From the NCBI GenBank assembly GCA_905178155.1, contig CAJINV010000008.1:1550001-1614000 (forward strand): DNA of 64,000 bases, given 5' to 3'. Under the pieces are notes generated by a model. The model made no database searches and was not told the DNA's origin. It saw nothing but the letters and a program-made list of their open reading frames with translations. Within the stretch, counting starts at the first letter, position 1, and every line of letters begins with the position of its first letter. The position numbers were made by a program, and so were the translations under genes. Below, piece after piece: positions 43,701 to 55,185 of the stretch. The DNA comes from Amoebophrya sp. A120. Taxonomy: Eukaryota; Protista; Dinoflagellata.

Positions 43701-46700
43701 CGGAAACGGCGATATGAAAGACAAATACGGAAAAGTGAGTATCCTGAATAAAAACGTACCCACACCAGAGTTGTAATGCTGATTTGCCAAGACAGGAAGA
43801 TTTGTAATGCGCATCCCCAGGAGAGCCATTTCCAATCGTGTTTTGGAATTTGTAATGCTGTAAACAGGATGAGCAGATGGATTTCTGATGCAGCTGCACT
43901 TGCTGACCTGCACTACACTGCGGAGTGCAACTTGTCATGTGTGACTCCCAAAACTCCTAGGTTTGTGTTGCAAAATCCCCATCCTGACTCTGGTGTGGGT
44001 ACGTTTTTACTCAGGATAGTGAGCGACCAGAAGTGCACGGTGGGGCACAGAAGATGTAAGGACAACGCGTTTTTCGACCGGTGCGGGGGCGGGTGGACCA
44101 ACGCCGTGTACAGGTACAAAGACGTCGACCCAGCCAGCGTCGGAGGTCGTCCAGGTGGAAACAACATGCTGCAAGTTGAGCACCAAGAAACTATTAGTAT
44201 TACTTCTGAACAAGAACATGAAAAGTTGTCTCAGGATCCACTTTTGACTTCACTGGACGACGAGGACAAAAGCAAAAGCATCAGTACTACTGGCCATCTG
44301 CAAGAAGATCAAGAAGATCTTCTTCCCGTGGTCGCCCTTGATGCGGCTCGTCGTGAAGCTACTGCAGCACGCAATGAAAAAGCGGCTACCGAAGGACCGG
44401 CGACAGTCTCCATGCTGCCGTGCAGCAAGGGCTGGCGCTGCCCTGCGGATGACGACCAGTTTGCCTACAAATTCTTCAGCGAGAAGAAGAACTTCAACGA
44501 CGCCCTGCGGACTTGTTTCCAGTACGGCGGGGGCTCGCTCGCTACCGTTTTGTCGGAATCCGTGAACCAGAAACTGTCGTACCTGGCCGGCAACAACGGG
44601 GCACTGATCGGCTACAACGACAAGGACCTGGATATCCTGAGTAAAAATGTCCCAACCCCAGAGTTGTCATGCAGATTTGCGATGACAGGAAGACTTGTAA
44701 TGCGCATCTCCATGAGAGGCATTACCAGTCGTGTTTTGAAATTTGTAATGCTGCAAACAGGATAAGAAGATGGATTTGTGATGCGGTTTTCCTTGCTAAC
44801 ATGCACTACGCTACGGACTGCAACTTGTCATGCGTGGCTCCCAAAACTTCTGGATTTGTGTAGCTAAGTCCCCAACTTGACCCTGGTGTGGGGACGTTTT
44901 TACTCAGGATACTGGAGGGCGTGTGGCAGTGGGCGGACCGCGGCCTGGCGAACGTGCTGCCGAAAATCAAGTTCCGGAAACTCCACGACTATGGAACTGT
45001 CAGGATTGAAATCGTCAAAGTTGAAATAGTTTGTCATGCATAAGACGAAACGCAGAAAGTGCCTGTCTTGCAGAGTAGGCAAGGGAAGCAGATTGCAAGC
45101 CTGTTTCGGGGTAGAAGTAGAGGTGCTAAAGTAGCATGACAAATTGCGTCTTCCTTACCCAAACAGCATTACAGACTGGATTTCGGCTCTACTTAAATTT
45201 GCCATGCGCCACTTGGAAATTGGGCTTCCATCCGGTATCGATTTTATGCATTACAAGTTATTTGAACTTTGTCGATTTCAACTCTGACACACCCATAACG
45301 ACGACAAGTACTGTAAGAAGGACGGGAAAAACTACCGCATCGCGCACGACACAGGCACAAACGCCTGGAACAAAAAGGGGAAGCAAGCTCCGTGGAGCTC
45401 CCGGCAGCTGTGCGAGAAGGCCTGTGCCGACGACGGACTATCCACAGAAAAATAAAAACCCATCCACATCCATTTTCTGCATGACAAGCACATGACTTGA
45501 TGCGTGTTTTGCATGCCAAATTGGATGTGAATGGGTTTTTTTCTGTGGATACGGACGGTGCAACTTCTACCTGTGGCGGTTCGACGCGAAGGCCAAAAAG
45601 AAGTACGTGTGTGCGCGGTTCCGCAAGTGCGGCAAGGGCGTCAAGGCGTTCTCGGATGGTGACGGTGGCAGTATCTGGGAAAAAGTCACGGCTGTCGAAG
45701 GAAACGCCGGGGGCAAAAAAAATGCGCCGGAGGAATTTACGAACTGGAAGAAGAGAGAACCGAACAACTGGGGCAATAGCAATAGGGAAGACTGCACCGT
45801 CCGTAAAAGTGGAGGGAAGTGGAATGACATCAACTGCAACGCAAAGCGAAGCTTCATCTGCTCCAAACCAAACCTGGACGGAACTGCGGAGCAGACGGAA
45901 CCGTCTGCCAGCATGTTGCTGCACACCGTGGCGGGCGTGGTGGAGCACAAGGGCTGCTTCAAAGACAACCGGCAGCGGAACTTGAAACGGCAGCTCGGCT
46001 CGGGCTTCGATTTGGTCTCCTGCAAGATTGCGTGCCAAAACTACAACTTTTTTGCGCTGCAAAACGGCTCGGAATGCCGGTGCGGGAACCAGGGCTTTGT
46101 CGCGCTGCCGACGCAGGGGGACTCGTCGAACCACAAGTACGCACAGGCCCCGGCGTTTGAGTGCAAGCCGTGTGAGCGGAACAATTTGTACAAGCTAGAA
46201 GAAACCGGGTTCTGCGGCGCCGGCTGGCGGAATTCCGTCTACGAGCACCAGCCAGTGCTGAAGTACGTCGGGTGCTTCCGCGACCGACCGCAGAGGGCCA
46301 TGCCGCACTGGCCCAAAGGGGCACACACGGTGGATTCCTGCATGGACGCCTGCTTGCAGCACAAATCCGGCAAATTCAAGTACTTCGCGTTGCAGTGGGG
46401 CAACCAGTGCTTCTGCGCGGAAACTATGGAGCAAGTGACCAAATACGGCAAAAAATTGGACGACAACCAGTGCACGGCTGGCCACCGCAAGTGCAAGGAC
46501 GGGGCGCTCTTCAAGCGCTGCGGTGGCGGCTGGAGCAATGCCGTGTACGAATTTGAGCCGAAAACCGAGGACGAGACCGGCAAGGAGCCACAAATTCGTC
46601 CCTGCAGGAACGGCCTGCAGTGCATCGACCACACCGCCTACAAATTTGTGAACAAGAAACTGAACTTCAAGAAAGCCAATGCGTATTGTGCGAAGGAATT

Positions 46701-48810
46701 CGGCGCCTCGCTCGCGACGATCGCGACGGAGAAGCAGAATGAGCTGACGAACCACTTGCTGCACGGCTTTCGGTACAACGAAAGAGCAAAGGTCGCAATC
46801 GGTTTGAACGACAAGCAGAAGGAAAAAAAGCACGTCTGGTTCGAGCACGGGGACGTGGCCGAGTGGAAGAACTGGGAACACAAGGAGCCCAACAACTGGC
46901 GCAACGAAGACTGCGCAATCAAGCAGTACCCGGCCAGCGACGGCAAGTGGTTCGACATCGGGTGCAACTCCAAGCACCCCTTTCTGTGTTCGAAACCGGA
47001 GTGCCCGACTTGCCGGTGCGAAAAGCCAGCCCAGTTGCGGGACTACCACATCAAGCGCATTGAGGTTTCGGGAGGGGACTGGACCACCGCGAGCTGCCCC
47101 GCGGGCTACAAGATTATTGGCGGCGGCTGCAATTCCGAGAAGCGGCCGTGGAGGCTGCGGTACAACGCACCCGAGGGAGATCGAGCTTGGAAGTGCGGCG
47201 GGCACGGGGGAAAAAAACGCGCGTACGCGATCTGTGTCAAAGACGAGGATCTGGAGCTACAGGTCATCGAAAAGTCCGGCGGAGACTGGACCGTCCTCGA
47301 TTGCCCGCGAGGCACCCGGATGGTAAACGGTGGCTGCGACGCGCACAAGCGTCCGTGGAGATTTGAAGATTCCGTTTCCAGCGGTAACGGCTGGAAGTGC
47401 GGGGGGCAGGGGGGCGCGAAGAAGGTTTTCGCGATCTGCACACCGGAACTGGAAATCCCGATTGTGAACATGTTCAACTTGGCCCGTGATTGGGTCACTG
47501 CCACTTGCCCAAAGAGCTACAAGATGATCGGTGGTGGTTGTGATGTGGTAAAACACCCACACATTTTGCAGAAGCACGGGGTCAAGAACAAAAATAAATA
47601 CCAGTGCGGTGGGCACGGCAGTCAGAAGCGTGCGTATGCGACATGTTTGCGAAACGTTGTCGAAGAAGGATCAAGCTTGCTCATGATGCAAGAGCCCGCA
47701 CAGAAAGCTCTACTAGATCCGCCGACGGAAGGGACTAATATCGAGGGTCGTGCTCGTGGTGCTGCTCTGCACACCCTCACCGACGCAACGAAGCGCCTGC
47801 AAGCAGCTGCGCATGCCAACAACGTGGCGTCGCACGAGTCACACAGCAGTTCGGCTGTTGAGAACGAAGCAACAAGATCTTCTTCTCAACTCGCTAATGC
47901 TGCCGCGCAAAACTTCCTGCTGGAAAACTCTAGCTATTCTGCAGCAGCCGGGTCAGGCTCCAGGTCCGGCGTTAGCGTTTCATCAGAGGTGATCAAAACA
48001 AAAGCCGAGAACGAGGAAACGCTCACTGCAAACCGCGCAAATCTGCTCTACCGCTATTTTCTTTTTCGCGATCTGCAGCAAAAGAAAAATTACGCGCAGC
48101 AACGATCTGTGGGGTCTTCTTCAACTGCGGCACATGCAACCTGCCCGAACTGCCCTTCGTGCCCGCCGTTACCTGCGAAAACGAAATACAACATCAAAAG
48201 AATCAGTTCGACTGGCGGCGATTGGCACAAGGTTGAGTGTCCCGCAAACTATTCCCCGATCGGAGGGGGCTGTGACAACACACGACCGCCCCACATCGTG
48301 CAAATGAGCGCGCCAGACGGGCGTGGCTGGAAATGCGGCGGGCACGGCGGAAAGAAAAAGGTTTGGGTGGTGTGCATCCCGGATCACGAACTGAAAGTGA
48401 AGATCGTGTCCCAGCGCGGGGGCGATTGGTTTCGGAAGCAGTGCCCAAAGAACACAAAAGTGATAGGCGGCGGATGCAACAACGAAAAGCGCCCCTGGCG
48501 CATCGAAGATTCCATTCCGGAGGAGAACGGGTGGCGGTGCGGAGGCAGCGGCGGAAAGAAGCGAACATATGCGATCTGTACGCCAGAACTCGACCTGCCT
48601 GTCACGATTGTGAACAAATGGGGCAACGACTGGGCCACGGCTTGGTGTCCGGAAAAGTACACGCTGATAGGAGGCGGATGCAACGTGCAGGGGGGAAAGT
48701 GGATCTTTTCCTGGAATGGGCCCGATAATAACCGGAGTGCTTACAAATGCGGGGGGCATGGTGGCTGGAAAGAAGCGTACGCGATCTGCATGCTGGCAGA
48801 AAAATACTAA
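31769..48810 (+). CDS. Giant (~3,900 aa) secreted Cys-rich multidomain lectin-like protein: WSC, CxC-xNG-Cx-CxxC repeats, PAN/apple, C-type lectin, six C-terminal CPxxxxxxGGGC modules
   Basis: From acceptor 32633 to TAA 48810, removing 17 introners plus GT-AG introns 37876-38111 and 40526-40686 leaves 11649 nt in one frame; motifs GCFKD..YFALQWG.QC.CG..CGGGW.NAVY and GEPNNW..EDC..WND..C; putative signal-like first exon from ATG 31769 (5' exon structure uncertain). Confidence 0.85.
31802..32053. mobile_element. Introner family A (252 bp)
   Basis: Family-A TIR; TSD ACGCA; removal gives MVFLFSRRFDA|AARTTLIGLAFLGG. Confidence 0.9.
33420..33729. mobile_element. Introner family A, diverged (310 bp)
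   Basis: CTGGGTCTGGAA / TTCCGGACCCAG; TSD CAAGT; join ATK|CMEC. Confidence 0.88.
33806..34011. mobile_element. Introner family F-like (206 bp)
   Basis: TATCAAAAGAAAAAAGCTCGTCAC / GTGACAAACTTTTTTCAATCCATA; TSD TCGAG. Confidence 0.9.
34102..34406. mobile_element. Introner family B (305 bp)
   Basis: TATGAAAGCCTCAG / CTGAGGCTTTCATA plus long family-B IR; TSD CTTCG. Confidence 0.94.
34466..34728. mobile_element. Introner family A (263 bp)
   Basis: Perfect TIR TATCAAATGCAAAAATGTCTGGGTCTGGAAGA; TSD CACCT. Confidence 0.96.
35188..35423. mobile_element. Introner family C (236 bp)
   Basis: TATGGCGTTCTCAAACGTTAC / GTAACAGTTGAGAATGCCATA; TSD AGCTG. Confidence 0.92.
35458..35618. mobile_element. Introner family D (161 bp)
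   Basis: Family-D TIR; TSD TCCGG/CCCGG. Confidence 0.92.
38352..38563. mobile_element. Introner family F (212 bp)
   Basis: TATCATGAGAAAAAAGTGT..CAGTT / AACTGTAACACTTTTTTGTTGCGATA; TSD ACGAG. Confidence 0.92.
39857..40177. mobile_element. Introner family J (321 bp)
   Basis: TATCAAAAGGGAAAAAAACCCCTCCCCATAT / ATATGGGGAGGGGGAGTTTTTCCTTCTCATA; TSD GGAGT. Confidence 0.92.
40243..40390. mobile_element. Introner family D (148 bp)
   Basis: Family-D TIR; TSD CGAGA; similar to 2250-2404. Confidence 0.94.
40890..41046. mobile_element. Introner family G (157 bp)
   Basis: Family-G TIR; TSD TGCGA. Confidence 0.93.
41113..41392. mobile_element. Introner family E (280 bp)
   Basis: Perfect 28-bp TIR TATCCTGAGTAAAAACGTACCCACACCA; TSD AACGA. 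Confidence 0.96.
42335..42494. mobile_element. Introner family D (160 bp)
   Basis: Family-D TIR; TSD CGGAC. Confidence 0.94.
42567..42875. mobile_element. Introner family B (309 bp)
   Basis: Family-B TIR; TSD CTACA; same orientation as 10940-11252. Confidence 0.94.
43740..44018. mobile_element. Introner family E (279 bp)
   Basis: Family-E TIR; TSD GTGAG. Confidence 0.96.
44633..44911. mobile_element. Introner family E (279 bp)
   Basis: Family-E TIR; TSD CTGGA. Confidence 0.95.
44990..45297. mobile_element. Introner family B (308 bp)
   Basis: Family-B TIR; TSD ACGAC; interior inverted relative to 10940-11252. Confidence 0.94.
45439..45551. mobile_element. Introner family H (113 bp)
   Basis: TATCCACAGAAAAA / TTTTTCTGTGGATA; TSD CGGAC. 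Confidence 0.93.
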
Positions 48811-48987
48811 TCGAAATTATCGGCGATGAAGAACTGAACATCTTCCCCCAGCGCAAATCCAAATCCAAATGAAATAATTGGAATTGCGCTGTGATGGACC
48901 TGCTGTAGAGGAGTGTCGGAGTTGCAGAGAGAGGCACAATGAATCGGCGTCGCCGAGGTTCCACGAGCAGATCGATAAACATCATAT

Positions 48988-49689
48988 GTAGTGAGGTCAC
49001 CGAACGGTTCTAACCGGGGAGTTTTTTTGACACCCAGCCAGCAAAACGACCGGCAGTTTTCAAGCGGCCGAAAGCGTTTTTTGACATAAAAAATTTTCAA
49101 TTATCAAGCGGGCGGGGCTTTGATATCAAACAAGCCCGGTCGAAAACTATCGATTCGCACTTGATAAAACGACGCAGGGGAGCCGGCAAAAGGGGCGCCC
49201 TTCTGAGGAGCCCACCGCCTTAGTTTCTGGCGATTTGGGGCGCCCAAAAAGAGGCGCGCAAAAAGCGCGCCCAAAATCAGAAAAGCGAAACAGCATGGCA
49301 CGGCCGCGATTTCGAAGCATTTTGGGCGGCCGCGAAAGCGGCCGCCTTTTCGCCGGTTTCAGAGCCTGGGGAGCTTTGCAAAAAGCGCCGGCGTGAAAAA
49401 TAAAAACGCAAAAGGGAAAAAGCGCGCCAGACGCGCAAAGCCAACCCGCATGCTGCGGGCCCGATTTTTCTTTGCTTTTTGAGCGCCCCCCGTGGCGCCC
49501 GGATCGGCCCCATAGCATCGGGGCTCGCTTTCGGAAAGGAATTTTGGAAATGTGCCAATATTTGTGATGTTTCTCAAGTGACCGCCATACCGTGCGGCAT
49601 AACGTTACTCACGGCGGTATGGCGAGCCCAGAAAAAGCAAAGCCGCGGCCAAGGCGGCGGTCGGAAAAAAACGCCCACGAACTCACTAC
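48988..49689. repeat. Homopolymer-rich GC block, possible TIR element
   Basis: Short IR GTAGTGAG / CTCACTAC at the ends; composition resembles the two LINE inserts; no TSD seen. Confidence 0.3.
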
Positions 49690-50837
49690 CCCCGCCCCGG
49701 CGGCTATATTTGGTAATATTCTCCTGTAACCATAAATAAATGCAGCGAGTCTCCAGAATCACACTCCTCATCTCGACATACTTTTGCAGCAACCCTAAAC
49801 GACATCAACAACTTCAACTACTTACATCATTACCTCACATTTTCAACATGAACATTTTCTTTTCCCTTGCTCGTTGGGTGTCTGGTCTTGTCACTCGATA
49901 TTTCGCATCTTCTTTGATATTGGAGTGTATGAATCCTCATTATCGACACATAATAGGTTTCAGGATGATGTGTACATGATGTTGATGAAAGAATGTTCAA
50001 GATGATGCAAGAAAATAAATGAAAATGGGAAGGACACACAATGGTAATGGATTGAATCTCCCATGGCCACGAGTTTTTTACACTTCAAATTGATTCATGA
50101 ATACCATCCAAGAAAGATTCCAATCTATCGGGATTCAGGATATATTCTCAGATTATTTTCTTTGATTAATTTCCGTTTTCATCAAATTTCCTGATGGATT
50201 CAGAGAGATCCTTTTTGATCAATCTCGAAATTATTCAATTCGAAGATGATGAATCGAGAATTATTAGTATTTGTGAGATAATATTATCTTTATTTTTCGG
50301 AAACTATTTTAATTTTTCTATTTCCAAATCTATCAAAAAAAGAACAACTTCATATTTTTCAATATTACTTTATTATTTCTTCATCAATCTATCTTTGAGA
50401 GAGCGACAAGATGATGAGAACGAAGACAAGAACGAAGACAGACAATCTCGGACCGGGCCTATGAGACAATAAATTTGAGTCATGCCCTGACATGACAAGA
50501 AAGAAAGACAATATTATTAAATTGTCGATTAATATTTGTGAGATATGGGTAATTAGATGGAGTGTTATTCTTGTCGATCGAATTTTTCGGTAAGAGGTCA
50601 TCATCATCATATCATGAAAAATTTTGATTTATTTGAAATTTTTTTTTTCATATTGGGTTTCCAGAATTGATTCATTTAGATTTTTTTTTTCAAATATGAT
50701 CTGAAATATTAGAAGAAAATCCGGAAGATATTCGATTGATTCTCGAAAATTTTTTTGGTGTTCAATTATTCTCGGATTATGGAAGGGAATAATACACAAC
50801 AAATATCATCATCGATAATTTCTGATTGATCGAGATC

Positions 50838-51893
50838 TATTATTCTAGGTTAATGGTGTACAATATGGATGTTGCCGGACCAAGATCCCTTAGGTGTTTC
50901 CCAGTTGCCGTACCAGGATCACCAGGCATGGGACCTGCATACACGGGGGGCGAGGGGTGCAGGACAACACTGCAGTGTTGTATCCTATCCTGCCGTCGTG
51001 GCCTTACTCGCCGGGGCTCAATGATATGTCCTGCTTGACTATTGAAGACCCCCCACACCCATGGCGAGGTGCTGGACCGGGCGCGCGGCCCGCTCGCATT
51101 GGCTTTGCAATGGGGCCCGGTATTGTGGCTCGGTTATTGCGTGTTTTAACAAGCGCCCGGGGGTTTGGGCTATGTTTGTCCCGGGTCCTGTGTTGCCGGG
51201 GCTCCGCTCTCTTCCGTTACGCCTTGGTGTGGCGGCTAGGGCTGTGGCCTATGGTGTGGCACTACCTAGCAAAGCGGGCGACGGGGATTGCCACCCTTTT
51301 TTGCCCCGCCTCGTTGGATACCAGCTTCCCACCCGACTTCGCTGCTGGCGTTCTTGCTGCCTTGGTCGATCCGTCAGGCCCGCCGGCGCTACCTGCTACA
51401 CCCGCCCGCCTTCCTTGCAACACAACAACACACCCTCTGCGCCCTAGCGACTACCTCACCCCCTTGGCGGGCCCGGATGCTTTTCTCGATCCCCCGCGGG
51501 TCTCGTCCCGGTCCGACCTTGGACGGGGGGCTTGAGACACTGACGGCGCGTGGGCTTCTCGGATCTTCTCAAGCTGGGCCGTAGTGCTACGGCTTTCGGG
51601 CATACCGGCGTGACAGGGGGAAGGCAAGCGCAGCAGGTGCGGCACCCGCTCTGCCTTAGTGCAATCTCCGGCGGCTTCCTCAGTTGAAGGTTGCCTAGGC
51701 TCCTTGCGCTGAGGCGCCGGCTCCTGCTCCGCTGCGTGCCTGTGAGTGGGCACGCTAGTGCCTATGATGGGGCATCTGTGTGAAGTGCGTGCCCTATGAC
51801 TTGGGCACCACCACACGGACATCCACGCCATAGCCGATGTCACTCCTGCACGCCTGTGGTATGGCCGTGCGTGCCTATGGTTTGGCCGGAGGA
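50838..51893 (-). mobile_element. 1,056-bp GC-rich insert with 14-bp TSD (SINE-like or 5'-truncated non-LTR element)
   Basis: GATTGATCGAGATC at 50824-50837 and 51894-51907; sharp GC jump inside AT-rich DNA; minus-strand end ..CTAGAATAATA (strand inferred). Confidence 0.75.
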
Positions 51894-51940
51894 GATTGAT
51901 CGAGATCATATCGATGTAATTAGAAAATATATTCATAAAT

Positions 51941-52080
51941 GAAACCTAATATATATTCAAAGATAATGAGGAAACCTAATATATATTCAAAGATAATGAG
52001 GAAAACGGCTGTGAGTTGTTACAAACAAACAAACATGAATTGATCATGTTGTTACAAACTGGCTGTAAGTTGTTACAAAG
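51941..52080. repeat. Short tandem and dispersed repeats
   Basis: GAAACCTAATATATATTCAAAGATAATGAG x2; GTTGTTACAAA x3. Confidence 0.7.
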
Positions 52081-52742
52081 AACATGTCCACCCCCGGCCG
52101 CTGACCCAGACCAACACTCAGTCACCCAGTGACCTTGTCCCCTTTTTCCTCGTCCTTTTGTTTTTCTTTCGAGACAGCCGAGGTGGAAGAGCAGTGTGGG
52201 GCCTGATAGTGCCGCTGCACAAACTTACCTGCCGGAGGCGAGACCGAAGGAAGGACCGAACACACAGCGAATCCGCGTTGCCCATCGAACATCTTCCCTC
52301 CCGCCACGTCATCCCGGGTCATTCGTGTTGCGAAGATAGTCACCTGTGAACCGCCGCCGGTCGTCATAGTCTGGGTGTTTTTCCCTTGCATGGTAGAGAC
52401 CACCCGGGGCCGGTCGGTGGGGATTTTTGTTGGACTCAAATCAGAGCAGCAGCACGTCGCGACTTCAGCATTCCTTTACGCCTCAAGATGACAATGGACG
52501 TCAGGAGCTAGAGCCGGGCCGAACCTGCAGTCAGAAACTAATAGTGAACCGCGGCGCGCCGCCATAGTCCAGCGGAGCAGAGCGAGAACATTGCAGCTCG
52601 TCTGGGGCCCGTCGCCGGTGATTTAGATTAGGAGTAATTTTACGAGGTCCGGCAAAGAGCACACACAACAACTGCAGCCAAACAGCGGTGGAACAGAAGG
52701 GGCGCCTTTTCGCCCATGTAGGGTGGGAGGAAGCAGTAGCAG

Positions 52743-53468
52743 ATGCCGTGCAGACGAGAACCACCTCTCCTCGATATCTTGGCTGCCAAACAGCTGCTAA
52801 CCGCCCAGGAGATACAACAACATCGAGAGAAGACGAGCAGAACGAAGCAGCATCTCCCGGAGTTATCGCACATCCCCATCTTCTTGCATTATTGTCCAAC
52901 GGTATTGATCAAGCGTGAGCGCGACCGTGAAGGGCAGGCACTAGAAGACAGGACGCGGGGCCTGGTATTACAACATCGCGGCCGAGGACTCCAGGAATTC
53001 GCGCCATTCTTCGGGGGGTTCGCGAACTTCATCTATGAATTCCACGACATCGACCCGCTCGCTGAATTGATCATTGCCAGACCTACGCACAGGATCCTTG
53101 TCGGTAGCGATCGAGTAGCCGCAGCAGTCAAGAATCTCCTCCGGTTGACAGCGGAAGAGCCGAGTTGCTTTGTGCAGGTCGAGGCGATCCAGCAAGCGCC
53201 TGGGGAGACGAGTGACGCGCGCCGTCTCCTTGTCAGCTTGATCTCTTCGCCCCTAGACGGTGGATCTGCACTCCCGGCCCTCGTATCCAGAATCGAAGAG
53301 AAAGCAGAGGAAGGTGCGACCGCACGCTTCTGGGACAGGCACAGGCAGCTACAACGCGAAACCGCCGCGGCCCAGCGGGAGGTAGAAGCTCTGCGAAACA
53401 ACAAGCGCGTAGGGGACACGGGGGGATCGCCGGACCACGGCGTGGAGGCAGAGGTGGCCGACTGGTAA
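52743..53468 (+). CDS. Intronless hypothetical protein (241 aa), possibly LINE-associated
   Basis: Protein-like composition, C-terminal coiled-coil-like stretch, same strand as and 2 kb upstream of the LINE ORF; no recognised domain. Confidence 0.4.
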   Translation: MPCRREPPLLDILAAKQLLTAQEIQQHREKTSRTKQHLPELSHIPIFLHYCPTVLIKRERDREGQALEDRTRGLVLQHRGRGLQEFAPFFGGFANFIYEFHDIDPLAELIIARPTHRILVGSDRVAAAVKNLLRLTAEEPSCFVQVEAIQQAPGETSDARRLLVSLISSPLDGGSALPALVSRIEEKAEEGATARFWDRHRQLQRETAAAQREVEALRNNKRVGDTGGSPDHGVEAEVADW

Positions 53469-53566
53469 TAGAGAGGAACAGGAACAGAGGGTGAGTTAAA
53501 CGGCGTCGACCAACGGTAGAGACGCAACAGCGCCGCCAACCAGTTGTGAAGTCGCACACATCGGCG

Positions 53567-55185
53567 GCAGCCGTTTCGCAGCCGTCCGTCACCAGCGTCT
53601 CTCTAGCGCTGCCCAACAGCCGACTTCTATCAGGAGTTGCTGAGTTTCCAGGTTTTTTGGCTTCTCTGAAGCAATGCGAGTCGCTGGCTGAAAAGAAAAT
53701 AAAAATAAAGAAAAGAAAGAAAAAAAAAAGAAGACGGCAGAGGCCGCAACAAGTAAAATCTCCATTCCCGTACCTACCAGCGGACAGCGACAGTCTTGCA
53801 CCGGTGGTGACCTGCTCTTCGTCCTTCCTTCTAGCAGGAGACGTCAGGCGCGGTTTTGCCGAGCATCGACCTAACGACCTCGGTTTGTGTCTCCCTGCCT
53901 TCCTGCTACGAACAAGCTCCACCACCAGCTCCCGACAAGAAAGTGTGTCTGTTTCCCTTCAGACACGACCCAACGCCGGATTTTTTTGGGGTCCGGCAGC
54001 GCTTTTCTGGCGGAAATTCGACAGTGCCGCCGTGTCTGAAGACATACGAGCTTGCAGATTCTGTCGGACGCCCATTCACGCCGCCGAGCAGAACAGTTTG
54101 CAGTCAGGTAGAGGAGCCCCGGGTTTAGAGTGGAACAAGGCGAGAGAGACGTGCCGCGCAACACGTCTTTCATTCCGCCGGGCCTCTTCTTCCGCGCACG
54201 TTACTCTCGTCACCCAAGAAGAGCAGCAAGTGGGGTTTTAGAGTGGGACAAGGCGAGGCGAACAAAGAAGAAGCGAAACGGCGAAGATTTTCCCGCACAC
54301 CCTCTTACGCCGTCGTACAGTTTTAGAGTGGAACAAGGCGAGGCGCGTCGCGCTACTCAGCGGGGCGAGGTACAACAAACAACGCCGCTGCTGGAACACA
54401 TCTGTCTTGCCGCCGGGCCTTTTCTTCCGCGCGCGCTACTCTCGTCCAGCAGCAGGAAGAACGCACCAGCAGCAGCCGTTCCGCAGCCTATCGCCGCCAG
54501 CGTCTCCCTGGCGCTGCCCAGCAGCAGACGTCTATCAGCAGTTGCGCAGCATCCCGAGGAAGAATCGGTCGCCGACCCGCTCTTCCCAGCACCTGCCGGA
54601 CGAGAGTTCCACACCCACCAAGCGAAGTCTTGACTGGCATCTATAGTATCCTGATCTACTCTAGCGGCTTTGCGCTCAGAAGACCTATTCTAATTCCAAC
54701 TATAAAAATGAAAACTAAAAACGAACGCCAAAACTCGCACCTCGGGCGGAAAACGAAGAAAGGCTTTTGAAAGTGCAAGTGGCAGCTGCAGCCTCGCGAC
54801 TACTGTCATTGCTACCCCAGTGCTCCTGCTCTTCCCAGCGCCGTGGCGGAGGTCAGTGCTCCACCGTGTCGGAGCCGCTGAGGTTGGCGCCAAGCGCACG
54901 TAGGATTAAGTATTTACCCCCCAGATCCTGTAATACCGCCGCGAGGAAGCAAGACGACAGAGGGGGAGACGAACGGCCGCAACCACGCTCGCCAGCAGTA
55001 GGCTTTCCGTTGCGCCGCCAGTTGCTGTTCAACGATCGAAATCTCCCTCCGCGGCTCCACATCGGATGTGGGCATAGGAAAGCAAGTGAGCCTGTTTCCC
55101 TTCAGACACGACCCAACGCCGTTTCTTCTTAGGATTCCGGACGGGCTTTGTGGGGAAATTTCGACTGTGCCGCCGCGTCTGAAGA
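53567..55185. repeat. Mosaic of internal direct repeats upstream of the LINE ORF
   Basis: 53567-53640 resembles 54472-54545; CTGTTTCCCTTCAGACACGACCCAACGCCG block at 53949 and 55093; TTTAGAGTGG(A/G)ACAAGGCGAG x3. Confidence 0.75.

Noticed and set aside
43735-44023. Canonical GTGAGT...TAG intron
   Set aside because: Using those sites removes 285 nt rather than the 284 nt required and breaks the frame
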